From Candidatus Vogelbacteria bacterium (GTDB lineage Bacteria; Patescibacteriota; Minisyncoccia; Phycocordibacterales; XYD1-FULL-46-19), in NCBI GenBank assembly GCA_903878275.1, contig CAIRHC010000011.1, positions 19,116-83,115 on the forward strand: a DNA stretch of 64,000 bases. Direction: 5' to 3'. Shown one piece after another: positions 28,559-38,859 of this stretch. Below the pieces are notes generated by a model. That model was not told where the DNA came from. It worked only from the letters and a program-made list of their open reading frames with translations, and did not search any database. Position 1 is the stretch's first letter. Each line of letters starts with the position of its first letter. The position numbers and the translations under genes were made by a program.

Positions 28559-31500
28559 TTACTCTGCCACTTCGGCTTTTTCTTCATTCAAGAGATCGGC
28601 TTTAGCCAAAAATTCATTATCCACATCATCACCATAGCCTTTGATCAAACCAGTTCCAGCGGGAATCAAGCGACCGATAATGACATTTTCTTTTAGACCA
28701 CGAAGTTTGTCTTCACCACCTTTAATGGCGGTGTCAATCAAAACTTTAGTTGTGTGCTGGAAGGAGACAGCCGACAAGAATGAGCTGGTGGAAAGCGCCA
28801 CTTCGGAAATACCGAGCAAGATAATTTCACCAGTCGCTTCTGCCAAACCTTGTTCTTTCATCAATTCATTTTCTTCATACAATTCGACAAATTCCACCAC
28901 CTCACCCACCGTGAATTTCGTATCAGCAGGATCTTTAATTTTTCGGCGAGAGAACATTTGCTTGATGATAAGTTCGATATGCTTTCGCGCGATATTAACA
29001 CCCTGCAATTCATAAATGGCGTTGATCTCTTTCATAATGTAATCTTCAGTCACCGCTTTGCCTGCCAGTTTAAATAAGATTGGCAATTCGACTGGTCCGT
29101 CGGTAATGATTTGTCCTTTTTTAACCTTATCGCCCTTTTGCACAAGCACAGTCAAAACAAACGGTACGACAAATTCAATCGTACTATCGGTAGTTTTCTT
29201 GCGACTTTCTGGATCAACTAAAACCGTAATGATATATTCTTTGCCAGCATTTTTCACTTCAGACACTTCGCCATTGACGGTACAAACAAGAGCTGGGTTT
29301 TTTGGCGTACGTCGTTCAAAAATTTCTTCGACACGTGGCAAACCACCGACGATGTCCACGCCGCCAGTACCGATACCGCCGGAGTGTTTGGTACGCATTG
29401 TGAGCTGTGTTCCCGGTTCGCCAATCGCTTGAGCTGCGACCACACCGACCGGCTGACCAATTTCTACTACCGCTCCCCGACCAACATCCAAGCCATAACA
29501 TTGCTGACAAATACCTTTGGTCGATTTACAAGTGAGTGGCGAACGAACGGTCGCTTCCATTACATTATTGGCTTCCACTTTTAGCGCATCGGCTTTGGTC
29601 AATAAATCACCTTTTTTAAATAACACTTTGCCGTCACTACCTAGAATATCTTTCGTCAAAACTCGTCCTTTGATCAAGTTGGCAATACCGCTATCGAGTG
29701 CCGAGAAGTTGCCTTGATTAATTAATTTGCCTTCTTTGTCGCCACAATCTTCTTCATTGACGATCACGTCTTGCGACACATCTACCAATTTTCGAGTAAG
29801 ATAACCAGCCTTGGCAGTGTTGAGGGCTGTGTCCGCCAAAGTTTTTCGCGAACCGTGAGTCGTGATGAAATATTCAAGCGGTGAAAGACCTTCTTTGTAA
29901 CAAGGAATAATAGGGAAATCGATCAAGCGACCAGCCGGGTTGATAATCAAACCTTTCATACCTGCCATCTGCACGACCTGACTAATCGAACCGCGCGCAT
30001 TTGAGTCAATCATATAGGAAACCGGACCTTCTTTATCAAGCGCACCAGGCACAATTTTTTCCACTTTAACTTTGGCTTTGTTCCAAGCTTCAATGACCAT
30101 TCGATAACGTTCTGGTTCAGACAAAAGTCCTTCACCAAAATTATTTTCAATTTTTTCTACTTCATCTTTGGCGTCGGCAATAATACCTTTTTTACCTTCC
30201 GGCACTTGGACATCTTGGAAACCCCAAGTGATACCAGACTTGGTCGAATAACGAAAACCAAAGCTTTTAATTTTATCGACAATGATCGCTGTTTCTTCAG
30301 CACCGTATTTAATGATCAGGTCGTCGATCAACTTGGTGATAATTTTTCCAGTGATTTCTTTGTTCATAAACGGCCAATCTTTTGGTAGATTATTGTTGAA
30401 GAGAATTCGTCCGACTGAAGTTTCAAAAACTTGCTCCGAAAATTCGTGGTAACGTTCTTTGTCAGTCGCCAAAATTTTCACCTTGGCACGAAAATCGACT
30501 TCGCCAAAATCGTTTGCCAAAATCGCTTCTTGCGGGCTAGAGAAAATTTTACCTTCACCTTTTTCGCCATCAATAATTTTCGTCATCCAATAACTACCGA
30601 GTACGATGTCCATTCTTAAGTTGACCACTGGATCACCCGAGCCTGGTTTAAGTAAATTTTTGTTAGCGGCAATAATCTCGCGCGCCTCTTTTTGTGCCAC
30701 TTCGGAAAGTGGAACGTGCACCGCCATCTGGTCACCATCGAAGTCCGCGTTGAAAGCCGAACAAGCAAGCGGGTGAAGTTGAATCGCGTGACCTTCAATC
30801 AAAATTGGCTTGAAGGCTTGAATACTCAAACGATGCAAAGATGGTGCGCGATTCAAAAGCACATATTTATCTTTAATCACTTCTTCCAAAATCGCCCAGA
30901 CTTCGGGAATACCTTCGTCAATCAAGCGACCAGCACCACGAATATTGAAAGCAAGCTCGTCACGCAAAATGTGCGCAATAATGAATGGTCGGAAAAGTTC
31001 AAGTGCCATATGTTTCGGCAAACCACATTGATCGAGTTTTAGTTCAGGACCGACAACAATCACCGAGCGCCCAGAATAATCAACACGCTTACAGAGCAAG
31101 TTTTGTCGGAAACGGCCTTGTTTACCTTTCAAATTGTCAGCGAGAGATTTTAATGGACGACGTTGAGCTTGGCTCATCGCCCCTTCGCCGGTACCTTGTC
31201 GCATTGAATTATCAAGCAGCGCGTCCACCGCTTCCTGCAAAATTCTTTTTTCATTTCGCAAAATAACTTCTGGCGCGGAAAGTTCCATCAGTTTTTTCAA
31301 ACGATTGTTGCGATTGATGACTCGACGATAAAGATCGTTGACATCGGAGGTCGCGTGTCGCCCACCATCAAGCGCCACCATCGGGCGAAGCGCTGGCGGA
31401 ATAACTGGAATCACTTTTAAAAACATCCATTCGGGTCGGACACCAGAGCGTCGTAAAGATTTGACAATATTGCTTCTTTTTTGCAATTTCACTCTTTCCA

Positions 31501-32287
31501 GCGAACCACATTTTTCCAATTGACCAATTAAAGTTTGCTCTAGTGCCGCCAAATCAAGACCCGTAAAAATCTGATGGATTGCTTCGGCACCAATCCCCGC
31601 CTCAAAAACCGTACTGTATTTTAATGACAAACGATGATACAGGACTTCGTCGAGCACACGCCAAGGCACCAAGGCTTCGAGCTGTTTCTTGGCATCCATA
31701 AACGAAGTCTTCAATTTTTCTTTATCCTCTTCGTCTTTAATATTTTTTACTTTTTGTTTGTATTCACCATCAAGTTCGCGCATCATTCGGGCTTTCTCTT
31801 CTTCGTTGACGCTGATGATAATGTAGCCAGCAAAATAAATTACTTTTTCTACTTCGGCGACCGAGAGATTCAAGACCAAACCGATTCTTGATGGCACACC
31901 ACGAACAAACCAAATATGCGCCACCGGACTGGCAAGTTCGATATGTCCCATTCGTTCACGGCGAACAATCGAGCGAGTGACCTCCACACCACATTTTTCA
32001 CAAATAATATCTTTGTAGCGAATGCGCTTATATTTTCCACAATAACATTCATAATCTTTTTCTGGTCCAAAAATTCGCTCATCAAAGAGACCGTTTCGTT
32101 CGCTTCGCCCGCTACGATAATTGATTGTTTCTGGTTTGGTAACTTCGCCATAAGACCAAGCAAGCATTTTTTCTGGAGACGCCAGCTTCAAAGTAATCGC
32201 ATCAAAATCAACGACTTTGTCGATTCGTCCAGCGGGCAAAGTGGTCCGCTCGTTGTAGGAATTTGTGATTATATTTTTAGTAGTCAT
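28559..32287 (-). CDS. rpoC: DNA-directed RNA polymerase subunit beta-prime
   Basis: 1242 aa; the NADFDGD catalytic motif (AFNADFDGDQMAVH), zinc-binding Cys cluster, trigger loop and other beta-prime blocks are present. Confidence 0.95.
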   Translation of the reverse strand: MTTKNIITNSYNERTTLPAGRIDKVVDFDAITLKLASPEKMLAWSYGEVTKPETINYRSGRSERNGLFDERIFGPEKDYECYCGKYKRIRYKDIICEKCGVEVTRSIVRRERMGHIELASPVAHIWFVRGVPSRIGLVLNLSVAEVEKVIYFAGYIIISVNEEEKARMMRELDGEYKQKVKNIKDEEDKEKLKTSFMDAKKQLEALVPWRVLDEVLYHRLSLKYSTVFEAGIGAEAIHQIFTGLDLAALEQTLIGQLEKCGSLERVKLQKRSNIVKSLRRSGVRPEWMFLKVIPVIPPALRPMVALDGGRHATSDVNDLYRRVINRNNRLKKLMELSAPEVILRNEKRILQEAVDALLDNSMRQGTGEGAMSQAQRRPLKSLADNLKGKQGRFRQNLLCKRVDYSGRSVIVVGPELKLDQCGLPKHMALELFRPFIIAHILRDELAFNIRGAGRLIDEGIPEVWAILEEVIKDKYVLLNRAPSLHRLSIQAFKPILIEGHAIQLHPLACSAFNADFDGDQMAVHVPLSEVAQKEAREIIAANKNLLKPGSGDPVVNLRMDIVLGSYWMTKIIDGEKGEGKIFSSPQEAILANDFGEVDFRAKVKILATDKERYHEFSEQVFETSVGRILFNNNLPKDWPFMNKEITGKIITKLIDDLIIKYGAEETAIIVDKIKSFGFRYSTKSGITWGFQDVQVPEGKKGIIADAKDEVEKIENNFGEGLLSEPERYRMVIEAWNKAKVKVEKIVPGALDKEGPVSYMIDSNARGSISQVVQMAGMKGLIINPAGRLIDFPIIPCYKEGLSPLEYFITTHGSRKTLADTALNTAKAGYLTRKLVDVSQDVIVNEEDCGDKEGKLINQGNFSALDSGIANLIKGRVLTKDILGSDGKVLFKKGDLLTKADALKVEANNVMEATVRSPLTCKSTKGICQQCYGLDVGRGAVVEIGQPVGVVAAQAIGEPGTQLTMRTKHSGGIGTGGVDIVGGLPRVEEIFERRTPKNPALVCTVNGEVSEVKNAGKEYIITVLVDPESRKKTTDSTIEFVVPFVLTVLVQKGDKVKKGQIITDGPVELPILFKLAGKAVTEDYIMKEINAIYELQGVNIARKHIELIIKQMFSRRKIKDPADTKFTVGEVVEFVELYEENELMKEQGLAEATGEIILLGISEVALSTSSFLSAVSFQHTTKVLIDTAIKGGEDKLRGLKENVIIGRLIPAGTGLIKGYGDDVDNEFLAKADLLNEEKAEVAE

Positions 32288-32292
32288 AGATT

Positions 32293-35200
32293 TTATTGGT
32301 TAGTCTTTTTAAGCTCAATATCCAAAGCTAGACCGCGGAGTTCGTTCAACATCACATTAAACGACGCCGGCAAATTTGGTTGTTTTATCAATTCACCTTT
32401 AACAATCGAATCGAAAGTCGAAGATCGTCCGACAATGTCATCGGATTTGATTGTGAGCATTTCGCGCAAGACATTCGCTGCACCATATCCTTCAAGCGCC
32501 CAGACTTCCATTTCCCCAAAACGCTGACCACCACCTTGCGATCGTCCACCAAGTGGCTGTTGAGTAATAAGTGAGTACGGACCAATCGAACGCATATGGA
32601 GTTTATCTTCCACCATATGATTCAACTTGAGCATATACATATAACCAATCGCGATCGGCTTATCAAATTCATCACCAGATTGACCATCGAAAAGTTTGAC
32701 CTTGCCATCTTCGTTAAAGCCAGATTTCTTTAATTCTTCTTTAATTTCATCTTCGGTCACACCAGTAAAGACTGGGGTAATTGCTTGATAACCTTGCGTG
32801 TGTGCGGCAAGACCCAAGTGCATTTCAAAAATCTGACCGAGGTTCATACGACTAGGCACGCCAAGCGGTGTCAAAATAATATCCACCGGTGTCCCATCCG
32901 CCATAAAAGGCATATCCTCTTCTGGTAGAATCTTGGAAATAACACCTTTGTTGCCGTGTCGTCCGGCAATCTTATCGCCAACGGAAATATTTCGCAGTTG
33001 AGCAATTTGAATTTTAATTTTTTTAATAATTCCCGATTCCAATTTATCGCCACGTTCTCGCGAGAAAACTTTTACACCAATCACACGACCCTTTCGGCCG
33101 TGTGGCATTCGCAAAGATGAATCTTTGACATCACGAGCTTTGTCACCAAAAATCGCCCGCAACAATCTTTCTTCTGGCGTCAGTTCGGTCTCACCTTTTG
33201 GTGTAATTTTTCCGACCAGAATATCATTTTGTTCGACTTCGGCCCCAATACGGACAATGCCGTCTTCGTCCAAGTTTGAGAGCTTCGCTTCGCCGACATT
33301 AGGAATATCGTGAGTCGTCACTTCTGGTCCAAGCTTAGTATCACGGACGCTCGCTTCAAACTCTTCAATATAAATAGACGTGAATTTACTTTTCTTAACA
33401 AGTCGTTCCGAAATAACAATCGCATCTTCGTAGTTGTTGCCACCCCAAGGCATAAAAGCGACGAGGGCATTTTGACCAAGCGACAATTGACCTTGATCAG
33501 ATGAGGAGGCGTCAGCCAAAACTTCGCCTTTCTTTATTTTTTGATCAATATCAACCACCGGTCGTTGATGAAAACAAGTATAATCGTTGGTCATTTTGAA
33601 CGTCGCCAAATTATAGTTGTCTTCCTTGCCGTCATCTTTTTTAATGCGGATGCTATTGCCATCAACGTGTGAAATCACGCCGGCTTCTTTAGCGAGAATT
33701 AATCGTCCAGAATCATGAGCCGCTTTACTTTCCATCCCCGTGCCGACAAGTGGAGCTTCGGGAATAACACAAGGCACCGACTGCTTCTGCATATTTGAAC
33801 CCATCAAAGCCCGGTTGGCATCATCGTGTTCCAAAAATGGAATCATCGAAGTCGCAACAGAATAAGCTTGGTTTGGGGCAACGTCAATAAATTCTACTTC
33901 TTCTCTTTTTACCGAAGCTGGCGAAGCATTACGACGAGCTTCTACTTTTTCATCAAGTAATTTTCCGTCATCGTCATAAGCCACACCCGCGTGAGCAACA
34001 ACATACTTTTCTTCTTCTAAAGCATTTAAATAAACCACCTCATCCGTAATTTTTCCTTTCACGACTTTGCGATATGGTGACTCAATCACGCCGAAATCAT
34101 TGACGCGAGAGTAAGACGCCAAGTGCAAAATCAAACCGATGTTTGGACCTTCTGGGGTGTGAATCGGACAAACCTTGCCGTAGTGCGAAGAGTGCACGTC
34201 GCGGACTTCAAGACCTGCTCGTTCTCGAGTAAGACCACCCGGTCCAAGCGCAGACAAGGTGCGCAAATGCTCCAACTCGGCAAGCATATTTTCCTGATTC
34301 ATAAATTGTGAAAGCTGGTTTGTCGCGAAAAATTCTTTCAAGCGAGCTTGCAGTGGTCGTGGGCTAAGAATTTGGACAGGGAGCAAAGTCGCACTATCCA
34401 CTGTGGACATTCGATCTTGGATATTGCGTTTCATTTGCATCATACCGACTTTCATTTTGGCAAGAAGCATTTCACCGACACAGCGAATGCGACGAAAACC
34501 AAGGTGATCAATATCATCTTCTTTGGCACCTTTGGTCGTATTCAATTTAATGATATTGGAAATAATCAAAACCAAATCACCAAACGACAGCACGCGATTT
34601 TCTTTGTCAGCTTCGGTCAATGGCAATTCAAAACGTTGATTAAAACGGACACGACCGACAACCGATAAGTCATATTTTTCACGACCAAACAAAGCCTTCA
34701 AAAATTCTTTCGAATTGGCGGCAGTCGCTAGATCGCTATCACGCAAACGCTTGTAAATTTCCAAATAAGAATCGGTTAAAGTCTTGGCGTGTTCTTTGGC
34801 AAGAGAATTTTTAATGTATTCAGTATTAACCCCTTGTTTTTCAAACACAGTAATAATTTCTTCATCAGTCAAAACCTTGTCTTCAATATCAGCCAACACG
34901 CGAAGCAAAGAAATGATCGGGAATTTTCGCTTGCGATCAATACGGACATAGATCGCATCGTCGATTTCGGTTTCCAATTCAATCCAAGCGCCACGAGATG
35001 GGATAACCTTAGCCCCGAAAAATTTCCGTCCTTTGATTTCGTTGGCAGTAAAGAAAACACCAAAAGAACGCGCTAGTTGTGGCACAAGCACGCGCTCGAT
35101 ACCATTGACGATAAAAGTACCGTGCGAGGTCATAAGCGGAAAATCAGCCAAGAAAATTTCTTGCTCTTTATCAAGATTCATTTGCTTATTGCGCAAACGA

Positions 35201-35466
35201 ACTTTTACCCGCAAAGGCACGTCATAGGAGAGATTGTTTTCCTTGACGTAATACTCATCAAATTTTGGTTCATCTAATTGAAAACCGGTAAATTCTAGCT
35301 CAAACTTTTTTTCCGAATAATCTCGGATGGGTGAAAACTCTTTAAATAATTCTTTTAGTCCGTCTTTGACTAGCCACTCATAAGATTTCTTTTGCACCTC
35401 TACTAAATCCGGCATCGAAGCCAGTGGCTTCTTGTACCGGGAAAAAAACTTTTGTTTAATCGGCAT
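32293..35466 (-). CDS. rpoB: DNA-directed RNA polymerase subunit beta
   Basis: Conserved beta blocks (GDKxAxRHGNKGV as in KIAGRHGNKGVISKI; the rifampicin cluster region); the start was placed at the internal Met of MPIKQKF because the longer ORF-track N-terminus has no homology. Confidence 0.95.
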   Translation of the reverse strand: MPIKQKFFSRYKKPLASMPDLVEVQKKSYEWLVKDGLKELFKEFSPIRDYSEKKFELEFTGFQLDEPKFDEYYVKENNLSYDVPLRVKVRLRNKQMNLDKEQEIFLADFPLMTSHGTFIVNGIERVLVPQLARSFGVFFTANEIKGRKFFGAKVIPSRGAWIELETEIDDAIYVRIDRKRKFPIISLLRVLADIEDKVLTDEEIITVFEKQGVNTEYIKNSLAKEHAKTLTDSYLEIYKRLRDSDLATAANSKEFLKALFGREKYDLSVVGRVRFNQRFELPLTEADKENRVLSFGDLVLIISNIIKLNTTKGAKEDDIDHLGFRRIRCVGEMLLAKMKVGMMQMKRNIQDRMSTVDSATLLPVQILSPRPLQARLKEFFATNQLSQFMNQENMLAELEHLRTLSALGPGGLTRERAGLEVRDVHSSHYGKVCPIHTPEGPNIGLILHLASYSRVNDFGVIESPYRKVVKGKITDEVVYLNALEEEKYVVAHAGVAYDDDGKLLDEKVEARRNASPASVKREEVEFIDVAPNQAYSVATSMIPFLEHDDANRALMGSNMQKQSVPCVIPEAPLVGTGMESKAAHDSGRLILAKEAGVISHVDGNSIRIKKDDGKEDNYNLATFKMTNDYTCFHQRPVVDIDQKIKKGEVLADASSSDQGQLSLGQNALVAFMPWGGNNYEDAIVISERLVKKSKFTSIYIEEFEASVRDTKLGPEVTTHDIPNVGEAKLSNLDEDGIVRIGAEVEQNDILVGKITPKGETELTPEERLLRAIFGDKARDVKDSSLRMPHGRKGRVIGVKVFSRERGDKLESGIIKKIKIQIAQLRNISVGDKIAGRHGNKGVISKILPEEDMPFMADGTPVDIILTPLGVPSRMNLGQIFEMHLGLAAHTQGYQAITPVFTGVTEDEIKEELKKSGFNEDGKVKLFDGQSGDEFDKPIAIGYMYMLKLNHMVEDKLHMRSIGPYSLITQQPLGGRSQGGGQRFGEMEVWALEGYGAANVLREMLTIKSDDIVGRSSTFDSIVKGELIKQPNLPASFNVMLNELRGLALDIELKKTNQ

Positions 35467-35636
35467 TATAAAAAGGTTATTTGCGCTTATAAATTTTAGA
35501 CCAAAAAACAAAATGGTTTCCCGAAGAGAAACTTTTGTAAATTTAAAAAAATGAGGAAATTTAGCAAGATAGGCGCCCAAAACTCACTCTTGCCTGCTTG
35601 ACTTTAAGAATAACTTATTTGGATAAATATGTCAAA

Positions 35637-35830
35637 TAAAGTTATCCACTTGCCCGGGCGACCAATTTGGTGTAGTTCCGCTTGGCCTAAATTTGACAGT
35701 TGGACAGTAATTTACCCTAGATTTTGATAACCCCAATGATAAGTAAATCAAAAACCCAAGCAACACCAAATTGTTACGCCCGGGCTTGCCTAACCGCCCG
35801 GTTTGGACTAGTCCAAACCGGGCGGTTTCT
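35637..35830 (+). ncRNA. candidate structured small RNA or leader element (not identified with any known family)
   Basis: A possible -35/-10 pair (TTGACT-18-GATAAA at 35598..35627), long-range helices (gcccgggcg 35652-35660 with cgcccgggc 35777-35785; ccaatttggtg 35663-35673 with caccaaattg 35764-35773) and a terminal 34-nt perfect palindrome plus T-run. Confidence 0.2.
35794..35827. terminator. 34-nt perfect palindrome ccgcccggtttggactagtccaaaccgggcgg followed by TTTCTT (terminator-like hairpin)
   Basis: Seen directly; it is self-complementary over the full 34 nt and contains a central ACTAGT. Confidence 0.5.
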
Positions 35831-36042
35831 TGACATTCTTAGCCAATTTTATCTCTTTTTCTTAGCGGTAAACTTTGAATTAAAAAGCTCTCCCTCCTTG
35901 CCACCTTTTTAGGGTACAGATTTTTTGAAGCTTAAAAAATCCTGAAGTTCTCGGCTCGACAGCCTCGAAACCCCCTAAAAAGGTGCAAGTCAGTCTAGCT
36001 TTTTATAATTCAAAGCGTCTTTATTTATTCTTTTCCACACAT

Positions 36043-36615
36043 CTATTCAGAGATAAAATCAAATGTTTTTTGGACAACTTTATTATTATCCGCTCGCAAG
36101 CAGCTAAAATTAACTGCCATTTTTTTCATAGTCAACAACATTTCTTTTGTTGGAGTAAAAATTATACTTGTTGTCGCTCTCTCAAAATCTTTATAATAAA
36201 TTTGACCATCTTCTAAAAAGCTAACATTGATATCTTCATCCATACCATTAAAAGATACTTTATTATTACATTGATATAGATTCCCCATCTCTACTCGAAA
36301 AGTAAGAGGCTGATAGCTGCCTTTCAAAGATCTTGCTAAAACATATTGTCCACCTTTAGTTTTGTAGTTGTTAGAAATAGGTGGATCTAATTTAACATTT
36401 AATATCGAGTTGGTGTTATTTTTCAATTTTATAGCCGTTCCTTTTTCTGTTGTTTGATTTAATAAGATTTTATTCCCATCTGATGAAATATAATAATATT
36501 GTGGATAAATAGAGTACATACCACTATTCAATGACGTACTACGGATACTAATTCCCTTTTTTACTAATTCAGAAAAATCAATAAGGTAAGTTTTACTGTT
36601 TACATTTTTTGACAC
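36043..36615 (-). CDS. hypothetical protein (GTG start)
   Basis: ORF only; it may be the C-terminal part of one gene together with 36638..37453. Confidence 0.35.
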   Translation of the reverse strand: MSKNVNSKTYLIDFSELVKKGISIRSTSLNSGMYSIYPQYYYISSDGNKILLNQTTEKGTAIKLKNNTNSILNVKLDPPISNNYKTKGGQYVLARSLKGSYQPLTFRVEMGNLYQCNNKVSFNGMDEDINVSFLEDGQIYYKDFERATTSIIFTPTKEMLLTMKKMAVNFSCLRADNNKVVQKTFDFISE

Positions 36616-36637
36616 GAGTTGTTTATCAGATGTATCT

Positions 36638-37453
36638 TTACGGCCGGTTTGGTTTTTTAAGAAAAAAAACTACTCCAATATTAGGTGGTAGATTATTATC
36701 TAAACTTACATTCAATTTTAGATCTTTTTTAATAGTATTTGACCATAAAATACCCCACCATTTCAAATCTTTTAGTTTGGGTAATTTAGAATAATCCACA
36801 TCAGGTAATTTGCAAGAGGCTTCTGCTGGTTTGCCTTCTAAAAGTTGAATGGAGTCACTAATTTTTTGAAAAGCTTCCATCCCTGGAAAGCCAATAGGGG
36901 TATCACCCTCTCCTCCATCTGCCCGAGTAATCCCAATCCTCCCAGACGAAGTTAAGATCCCACGTTTTGGTTCACAGTCAATCTTGTACAAATCACAAAC
37001 CATACCTTCTGCACAAAATTGAGCACCATAAGTCAACCAAAGATTTAATTTTTTATCAAACACAGTAGTAATACCACCGGGAACATTATAATGTGGTTTA
37101 GATAATTCGTCATCAAGCCAGATGCTCGCGACATCACTTGTAGCTGGCAAGACCTCTGCCTTGGAAACTTTATTGCATTTAAAAGGGGTGCTAATATCTA
37201 CACTTTTACCATTTTTTGAAATAACAAACCCTTCTGGATATTTGAAGCTAATACCGACAGTCTCATCTTTATAGGTCAACCAAGATTCAACAGGAGTATC
37301 AGTTTCTGCCGTTGAATAACAACCTAAATAATAATCATCAGCAGGTGGACTACCTTTTTTTTGAATTTCAGATATGCCAAAACTTTTTTGGGTGCCAAGC
37401 AAGAAAAAAATAATCAAAAATAGAGAGAATGTAAAAAAAGTTTTTTTATTCAT
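36638..37453 (-). CDS. hypothetical secreted protein
   Basis: Signal-peptide-like N-terminus MNKKTFFTFSLFLIIFFLLGTQKSFG; no recognisable domain. Confidence 0.45.
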   Translation of the reverse strand: MNKKTFFTFSLFLIIFFLLGTQKSFGISEIQKKGSPPADDYYLGCYSTAETDTPVESWLTYKDETVGISFKYPEGFVISKNGKSVDISTPFKCNKVSKAEVLPATSDVASIWLDDELSKPHYNVPGGITTVFDKKLNLWLTYGAQFCAEGMVCDLYKIDCEPKRGILTSSGRIGITRADGGEGDTPIGFPGMEAFQKISDSIQLLEGKPAEASCKLPDVDYSKLPKLKDLKWWGILWSNTIKKDLKLNVSLDNNLPPNIGVVFFLKKPNRP

Positions 37454-37603
37454 AAATTAAGAGTTAATTTTAATACCCAAATAATACCACAAATTACAGA
37501 GATTTACCAATTTTATAAACATTGAGCAACAGCCAGTCGCCACACAAAACCGACGGTCGTCAGTTTTGTGTGGTTGCCTCATCTTAAAATTTAAACTTCC
37601 AGT

Positions 37604-38278
37604 TTAAATTTTGCACTTTGAGTTTTGAACTTTAAGTTTGTGTTCCTCGATTTTTTTATGATGCCCAGACAAAAAGACTTTTGGGACACGGAAATTTTTG
37701 CCTTGATGGGCAAAAATTTCCGGCCTGGTATACATTTCAGTACTCGCCGATTCCCTTTTTTCTTCTAGCGAAATATCATTACCAAGCACACCCGGAATTC
37801 GGCGGGTAATTGCATCGATCATAATCATCGCGGGCAATTCTCCACCAGTCAAAACATACGGACCGATAGTATATTCGGTCGCTTTCAAAATCTTTTTCAC
37901 GCGCGCATCAATCCCCTCATAATGACCGCAAATTAAAATCAAATGCTCCGCATTTTTTGTCTTAGAAAATTTTTCCGCGGTTTTATTATTAAATTCTTTT
38001 CCGCCCGGCGCAAAAAGAATAGTTTTAAATTTAACCTTCTTATTCTTTTTCTGGATTGCCTCAACTGCACGAATAATCGGCTCAACAGCCATCACCATCC
38101 CTGGCCCACCGCCATAAGGCCGATCATCCACCTTGCGATGCTTGTCCAAAGTAAAATCCCGCAAATTATACAGTTCAATCTTAATAAGCCCCGCCGTCTG
38201 CGCCCGCTTTAAAATAGAAGAATTGAGATAAGATTCAAAACTCTCCGGAAATATGGAAATAATATGGAAATTTAACAT
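37604..38278 (-). CDS. trmD: tRNA (guanine37-N1)-methyltransferase
   Basis: MLNFHIISIFPESF...YGGGPGMVM and the SPOUT knot region (ILICGHYEGIDARV) are present. Confidence 0.9.
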   Translation of the reverse strand: MLNFHIISIFPESFESYLNSSILKRAQTAGLIKIELYNLRDFTLDKHRKVDDRPYGGGPGMVMAVEPIIRAVEAIQKKNKKVKFKTILFAPGGKEFNNKTAEKFSKTKNAEHLILICGHYEGIDARVKKILKATEYTIGPYVLTGGELPAMIMIDAITRRIPGVLGNDISLEEKRESASTEMYTRPEIFAHQGKNFRVPKVFLSGHHKKIEEHKLKVQNSKCKI

Positions 38279-38384
38279 TCCTAAAATGTACCATATTTTT
38301 AGCCTTTTGTAAAATCAACAAAAAAACCGCACTGGGTGTAATAGCACGGTTTTTTTGTTTTAGAGGATTAACCTCTGGTTATAT

Positions 38385-38723
38385 TTAGATTCCTTTTAGA
38401 TCTTCCATCGCTTGATCTACCGAACGAGAAGCATTTTCGGTGCTACCCATCATCGGTCTCGGAGCGCTACCAGCTGGTTCGTTAATCTTGAGATTAACGC
38501 GAGCATTGAATTTCATTCCGACAACTCGAAGCAAAGTTCGAATCGCTTTGGCAGTGTTGCCTTGTCGGCCAATGATTTTGCCCATATCGGCTGGATTGAC
38601 TTCAAGCGTCATCAGGACGCCCATCTCGTCAACTTTTCTGTCAACCTTTACATCCTCTGGTGCGTCAACTAAAGCTTTGACAACAAACTCGAGGAATTCC
38701 TGATCTTTATTCATTTCGGTCAT
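38385..38723 (-). CDS. KH-domain RNA-binding protein (YlqC/UPF0109-like)
   Basis: The type II KH GxxG loop (IIGRQGNTAKAIRTL) is present and the gene lies between rpsP and trmD. Confidence 0.8.
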   Translation of the reverse strand: MTEMNKDQEFLEFVVKALVDAPEDVKVDRKVDEMGVLMTLEVNPADMGKIIGRQGNTAKAIRTLLRVVGMKFNARVNLKINEPAGSAPRPMMGSTENASRSVDQAMEDLKGI

Positions 38724-38782
38724 AATATTATCTTAATGTCTAATGGATTCTCGACCTATTATTAATATTTATGATAATTTAA

Positions 38783-38820
38783 AAACGATCGGATGTCAAA
38801 AACCGCCCGAATTTTTGCTT
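38783..38820 (-). terminator. intrinsic terminator (17-bp stem ccgcccgaatttttgc / gcaaaaattcgggcgg, U-run on the minus strand) downstream of rpsP
   Basis: Seen directly; the minus-strand reading is hairpin plus GGUUUUUGAC. Confidence 0.65.
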
Positions 38821-38859
38821 AGCAAAAATTCGGGCGGTTTATCACAAATTTAAAATCTT

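Noticed and set aside
28641-35277. Numerous plus-strand ORFs of 60-200 aa inside rpoC and rpoB (for example 28641..29015, 31916..32527)
   Set aside because: They are antisense to long, highly conserved genes and show low-complexity composition. They are spurious.
32293-35580. The ORF-track rpoB N-terminal extension (MGAYLAKFPHFFKF...) to 35580
   Set aside because: The first 38 codons have no similarity to beta-subunit N-termini and are Phe/Leu-rich, as expected from translating AT-rich DNA. The conserved N-terminus begins at the Met of MPIKQKF (35466).
35581-36042. RNase P RNA, because of AGUCC and CCGGGC strings resembling the P4 region
   Set aside because: The required P4 partner strand (complement of AAG-CCAACC or the CCCGGCUUA-like 3' element at a distance of about 300 nt) is absent on either strand. 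The length is also too short for the cccgggc copies to form P4.
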